The notes under the pieces: generated by a model
What the model saw: only the letters and a program-made list of their open reading frames with translations
Told to the model about the DNA's origin: nothing
The model's database searches: none
Assembly (NCBI GenBank): GCA_965112735.1
Contig: OZ218965.1
Location: forward strand, 1,488,001 to 1,552,000
Length of the DNA: 64,000 nt
From: Phaeosaccion multiseriatum
Taxonomy: Eukaryota; Protista; Ochrophyta, other classes
Reading direction: 5' to 3'
Shown: piece by piece, positions 60,659 to 64,000 of the stretch
Numbering within the stretch: position 1 is the first letter of the stretch
How the letters are laid out: each line of letters starts with the position of its first letter
Program-made: the position numbers and the translations under genes

Positions 60659-61830
60659 GTGGGAGGGTGCGTCAGTCAGCTGGCGGGCTTGGCTTGCGAG
60701 TGTGGAGAGTGGATGCTTGTGCTATGCATTGTTTGTGTTTTTGCTGTTGTCGTTGTTGTTGTTGTTCTTTCCCGTCTCTCTCGGACGTTTTGAGGAGAGG
60801 CGCCCCCCTGTGTGGAGGGAGACGGGCAAAGAAGACACCTCACTGTCCTCCTGCTGCTTCCTTGTGCTCTCTCTCCCTCCCTCGACAGATCACTCCGCGT
60901 CTACAAATGATCCACAGCCACAAAGCGGTTGGGGGAGACTGTGTGATTAGTGAGGATGAGGGGCAGCAGCAGACGGGCCCCGGCGGGGGTGGGGCGGGAC
61001 AGAGCGCTGAGGGAGAGGACAACAGCAGCAGTAGCAGTAGCAGTAGTTGTGACCAAGCAACACAAGCAGCACCGGCAGTGCCACCAGCAGGAGCACCAAC
61101 ACCAGCACCAGCACCAGCACCAGCAGCAGCAGCAGCAGCAGCGGAGGGGGCAGGTGGACGGGTTGGTGGTGGCCCAGCAGTGTTCCTTGGGGGGGACGTG
61201 TACGCCGCAGCAGAGGAGGTGCGTCGGGGGAGGGTCGGCGCTGAAGACTTTCACTTCCTCAAGGGCGCATGTCGCTGGTACACTGGGCAGCTGCGGCAGG
61301 AGCTTGACTCAGGGATATGGATTATGGTCAAGGTGCGTGAGTGTGTGTGTATGTGTGTATGAATGTATATATGTATGTATATGTGTGTGTGTGCGTGCGT
61401 GGGTGGAGTACGGCACCCCCTCGCTGACTCACTCACTCACTCACTCACTCATCCACTCACTCACTCACTCACTCACCCACCCACTCCCTTCCCCCCCTCT
61501 CTCCCTCCCCTCCCCCCCCCCAAGGCGCCTCTGAGCACCGCCCTAGCCAGCGACAAAGACATGTGGGGTCGTCTCTTGAGGAGTGCGGGGGGCGCATTTG
61601 CAGATGTCGCACAGGTTCCTGCCTGCCGTGTGCCCCTCGCCGATTGGAACACCAGCGGTGCTGCCTCAAGGGCATTTGACTCCGAGTTTGACCTCTCTGC
61701 AGCGTACGACAGTAGCGACGACAGTAGCGACGAGGACGAGGATGATGATGATGATGATGATGAGGATGATGTTTTCCGTGACGATGATGATTACGATGAT
61801 GACGATGATGATGAGGACGACGACTTATGA
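59466..61830 (+). CDS. DUF179 (YqgE/AlgH-like) domain protein with acidic tail; 5 exons
   Basis: Exons 59466-59537, 59657-59945, 60088-60545, 60889-61332, 61525-61830, in frame. Motifs PGCFLIAHP, FHRSVILIV, GTYGLILNR, GGP, F..G.CRW..GQL..EL..G.W, MWGRLL. Confidence 0.85.
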
Positions 61831-62217
61831 TGGACCTGTGAGGGCTTGTGAACACCCGTAAGGAGGAGAGCAAGAGTGTGTGTGGGAGGGGGGGGGGGGC
61901 ATGTGGAGGGCCTCTGGCGGCGGTCGGTGGGGAGCATTGGCCAGTGGAGGGAGGAGCATGCGAGGTGCTGCAAGTAAAAAAGAGTCAGAGACGGAGCACA
62001 GGGGAGCGGGCTGGCTTGTGGCGCCGATATAGAAGGGAGGGAGGAGAGGAGAGGAGGCAAGGAGAGAAAGAAAGAGCAAAGACCTTCTTCTTCTTGCTAC
62101 ACACGCCCCCTTGGAGGAGGTGTGGCGGTAGCAGGAGCGGTGGTAGCACGCCCCCCCCCGGGAAAGGAAGAGAAATCGGCCCCAGGAGCGAGCGAGGACT
62201 GAGAAGGGTTGGGCGTC

Positions 62218-63949
62218 CTATGTACCCAACCCCCTCCACCTCCCGGCCAGGACGTCTTTGTCTTTCGAATCATCGCAGGAGGCGACTCCTCTGAAATACA
62301 CAATTATTTACGTTTCACTTTAACACTCGATTTGCGTAAGAATTGCCCAAATCGCCCCCAAAAATCTGGACACACGCAGCAAAATGTCGCTGGGAGAAGC
62401 GCTGTAGCTCTTCGTGTAGCTCTTTGAGATGCCTATCGATCACATAGTCTTTCGTCTTTCATCGCTTTTTCCCTTCCCTACTCGTCAGCATTCTTTCTGC
62501 AAGAGCACTCCCCCTTGCCGCCCGATCCCTTAAACGGGCGATTTGGGCGATTCTTACGCAAATCGAGTGGTATACATACATTCACTACAGGCCCGCTCTG
62601 GCGTACCGTACACCGTCTTTGGGTTCCTCACCGTACCCCACCTCATAACAACCAACAACCACTCACGTCGCGGTCAGAACGGACGATGCCGCTTCCAAAG
62701 CCCTCGCCACTTGTTCTTCTTCCTGCCGCCTCCTCGCCATCGCCCCTCTCTCCGAGCCCTCCGAGGATCTCCTCCTCTCTTTATTCACCACCGCTCCTCT
62801 TCCTCGCCTCGCTCCTCCTCCTCCTCCTCCTCCTCCTCCTCCTCCTCCTCGTCCTGCCCCTCGCTCTCCAGCCCCCTCTGCTGCCACTGTGCGTGTGCCT
62901 CCCTCTCCGGCCCAAGGCAACACACTTCTGCCCACCCCTGAGGATCTGCTGCCGCGCCGCTCTGCTGCAGGGCTTTGATTGACTGTGCGTGCGTGTGCCG
63001 CAGGGGAGGGGTGGGCGTGCACGTGAGCCTGGCTTGCCGCAGAAAGGGAAGGAGCGGTAGCAGCAGCCGCGTGATTGCGAGGCTTAGCGGGTGGTGGAGA
63101 GCTATACGCCTTCTTCTCCTTCTCGCCCTCCCTGCCTCTGCTCCTCCTCCTGTCGCTGTGGCTGTGGCTGCTACCGCTGTAACCGCCGCCGGCGGAGATG
63201 CGGCGGGTGTAACGGTCAACGGACTCGCAAGACAAAGGCACAGACACGGCGTCCTTGGCTGCCTGTCTGCTGCGGCTGACACTGCCGCCCGCCTGCAGAA
63301 GCTCTGCCTGCAGGGGGCTGTCCAGCAGGTGTGGGGGAGGCATCGTCTTGTCTGTCTCGTCTGCCCTCTCTGCTTTCTTTGTGTAGAAATCGTACATGGG
63401 CACCGCTCCTCCTCCTCCTCCTCCTCCTCCTCTGCTGCTGCTACTGCTGTTGCTGCTGCTTCCCTCTCTGGCTCTGCTGCTGATGTTGCTGCCCTGGACC
63501 CTTGTAGCGCTACTGCCACTACCATTGTCCTGCGAACGCGCTAAGGCCCTCTCCGGCTGTATCACCAACTGCTGCTGATGCTCCTGCTGCTGCTGCCATC
63601 TGTGACTCTGCTGCCCTGGACCTTTGCCCTGCGGTCTGTCCCTGCTACTACTAGTGCTGGTGGTGTTGCAAAGAAAGCAATTCCGAAGCTGGTGCTTGGG
63701 GCAGCCCTCCCCAGCGAGAGGAACACCTCCTCCTCCTCCTCCTCCTCCTCCTCCTCCTCCTCCTCCTCCTCCTCCTGCTGCTGCTGCTGCTGCTGTAGCG
63801 GTCCCCAGGGGGTCCCAAGACGACGAGGACAGTGCCATTCGTCCCACCAACCCCCGAGAGCTGTTGTCATCTGTGATATTGCTGCTGCTGCTTCTAATGC
63901 CATCAGGTACCATCGCCAATGATGCCGCTCCGAGCCTCTCTGCGTGAGG

Positions 63950-63981
<32 letters not shown>

Positions 63982-64000
63982 GACGAGGGTCGCGCAAGAA
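62218..64000 (-). CDS. 3' part of a low-complexity hypothetical protein; 5' end lies outside the window
   Basis: Long Q/S/G-rich ORF 62669-64000 with a CPKHQLRNCFLC motif. Donor GTGAGT at 62668, acceptor at 62291, terminal exon 62218-62290 in phase. Confidence 0.6.
62323..62570. mobile_element. MITE with 34-bp TIRs and TA flanks (Tc1/mariner-like)
   Basis: CACTCGATTTGCGTAAGAATTGCCCAAATCGCCC at 62324-62357 is inverted at 62536-62569 with 1 mismatch. TA at 62321-62322 and 62571-62572. No coding capacity. Confidence 0.85.

Overview
Gene-dense, intron-rich, GC-rich eukaryotic DNA. The gene set (CRY-DASH and MTA/SAH nucleosidase with bipartite-looking leaders, LarB, DUF179) suggests a photosynthetic stramenopile; this is inference only. 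By hand I could splice 13 protein-coding genes with phase-consistent GT-AG introns. In order: a secreted protein with three CBM4/9-like modules; a 26-exon, ~2300-aa WD40 + TRP-like channel; a small coiled-coil protein; RPF2; MTA/SAH nucleosidase; MOG1; an SMP-30/gluconolactonase with microexons; CRY-DASH; an ankyrin protein ending in a CaaX box; an HRQ1/DUF1998 helicase; SmB; LarB; and a DUF179 protein. The 3' part of a fourteenth, low-complexity gene runs off the window end. The window also holds a disrupted intronless FNIP-repeat gene, a 5'-truncated RLE-type non-LTR retroelement with a likely 12-bp TSD, and a TA-flanked MITE. Most long ORFs in the supplied track are microsatellite artefacts. 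The two most unusual signals are: (1) a fixed 9-nt word, TTGGTGATA, repeatedly embedded in CAG tracts in exons, an intron and gene flanks, with a 9-nt TTGGTG-containing counterpart inside a (CAGT)n array; and (2) intronic microsatellites that are ordered and oriented like splice signals and are often complementary between intron ends.
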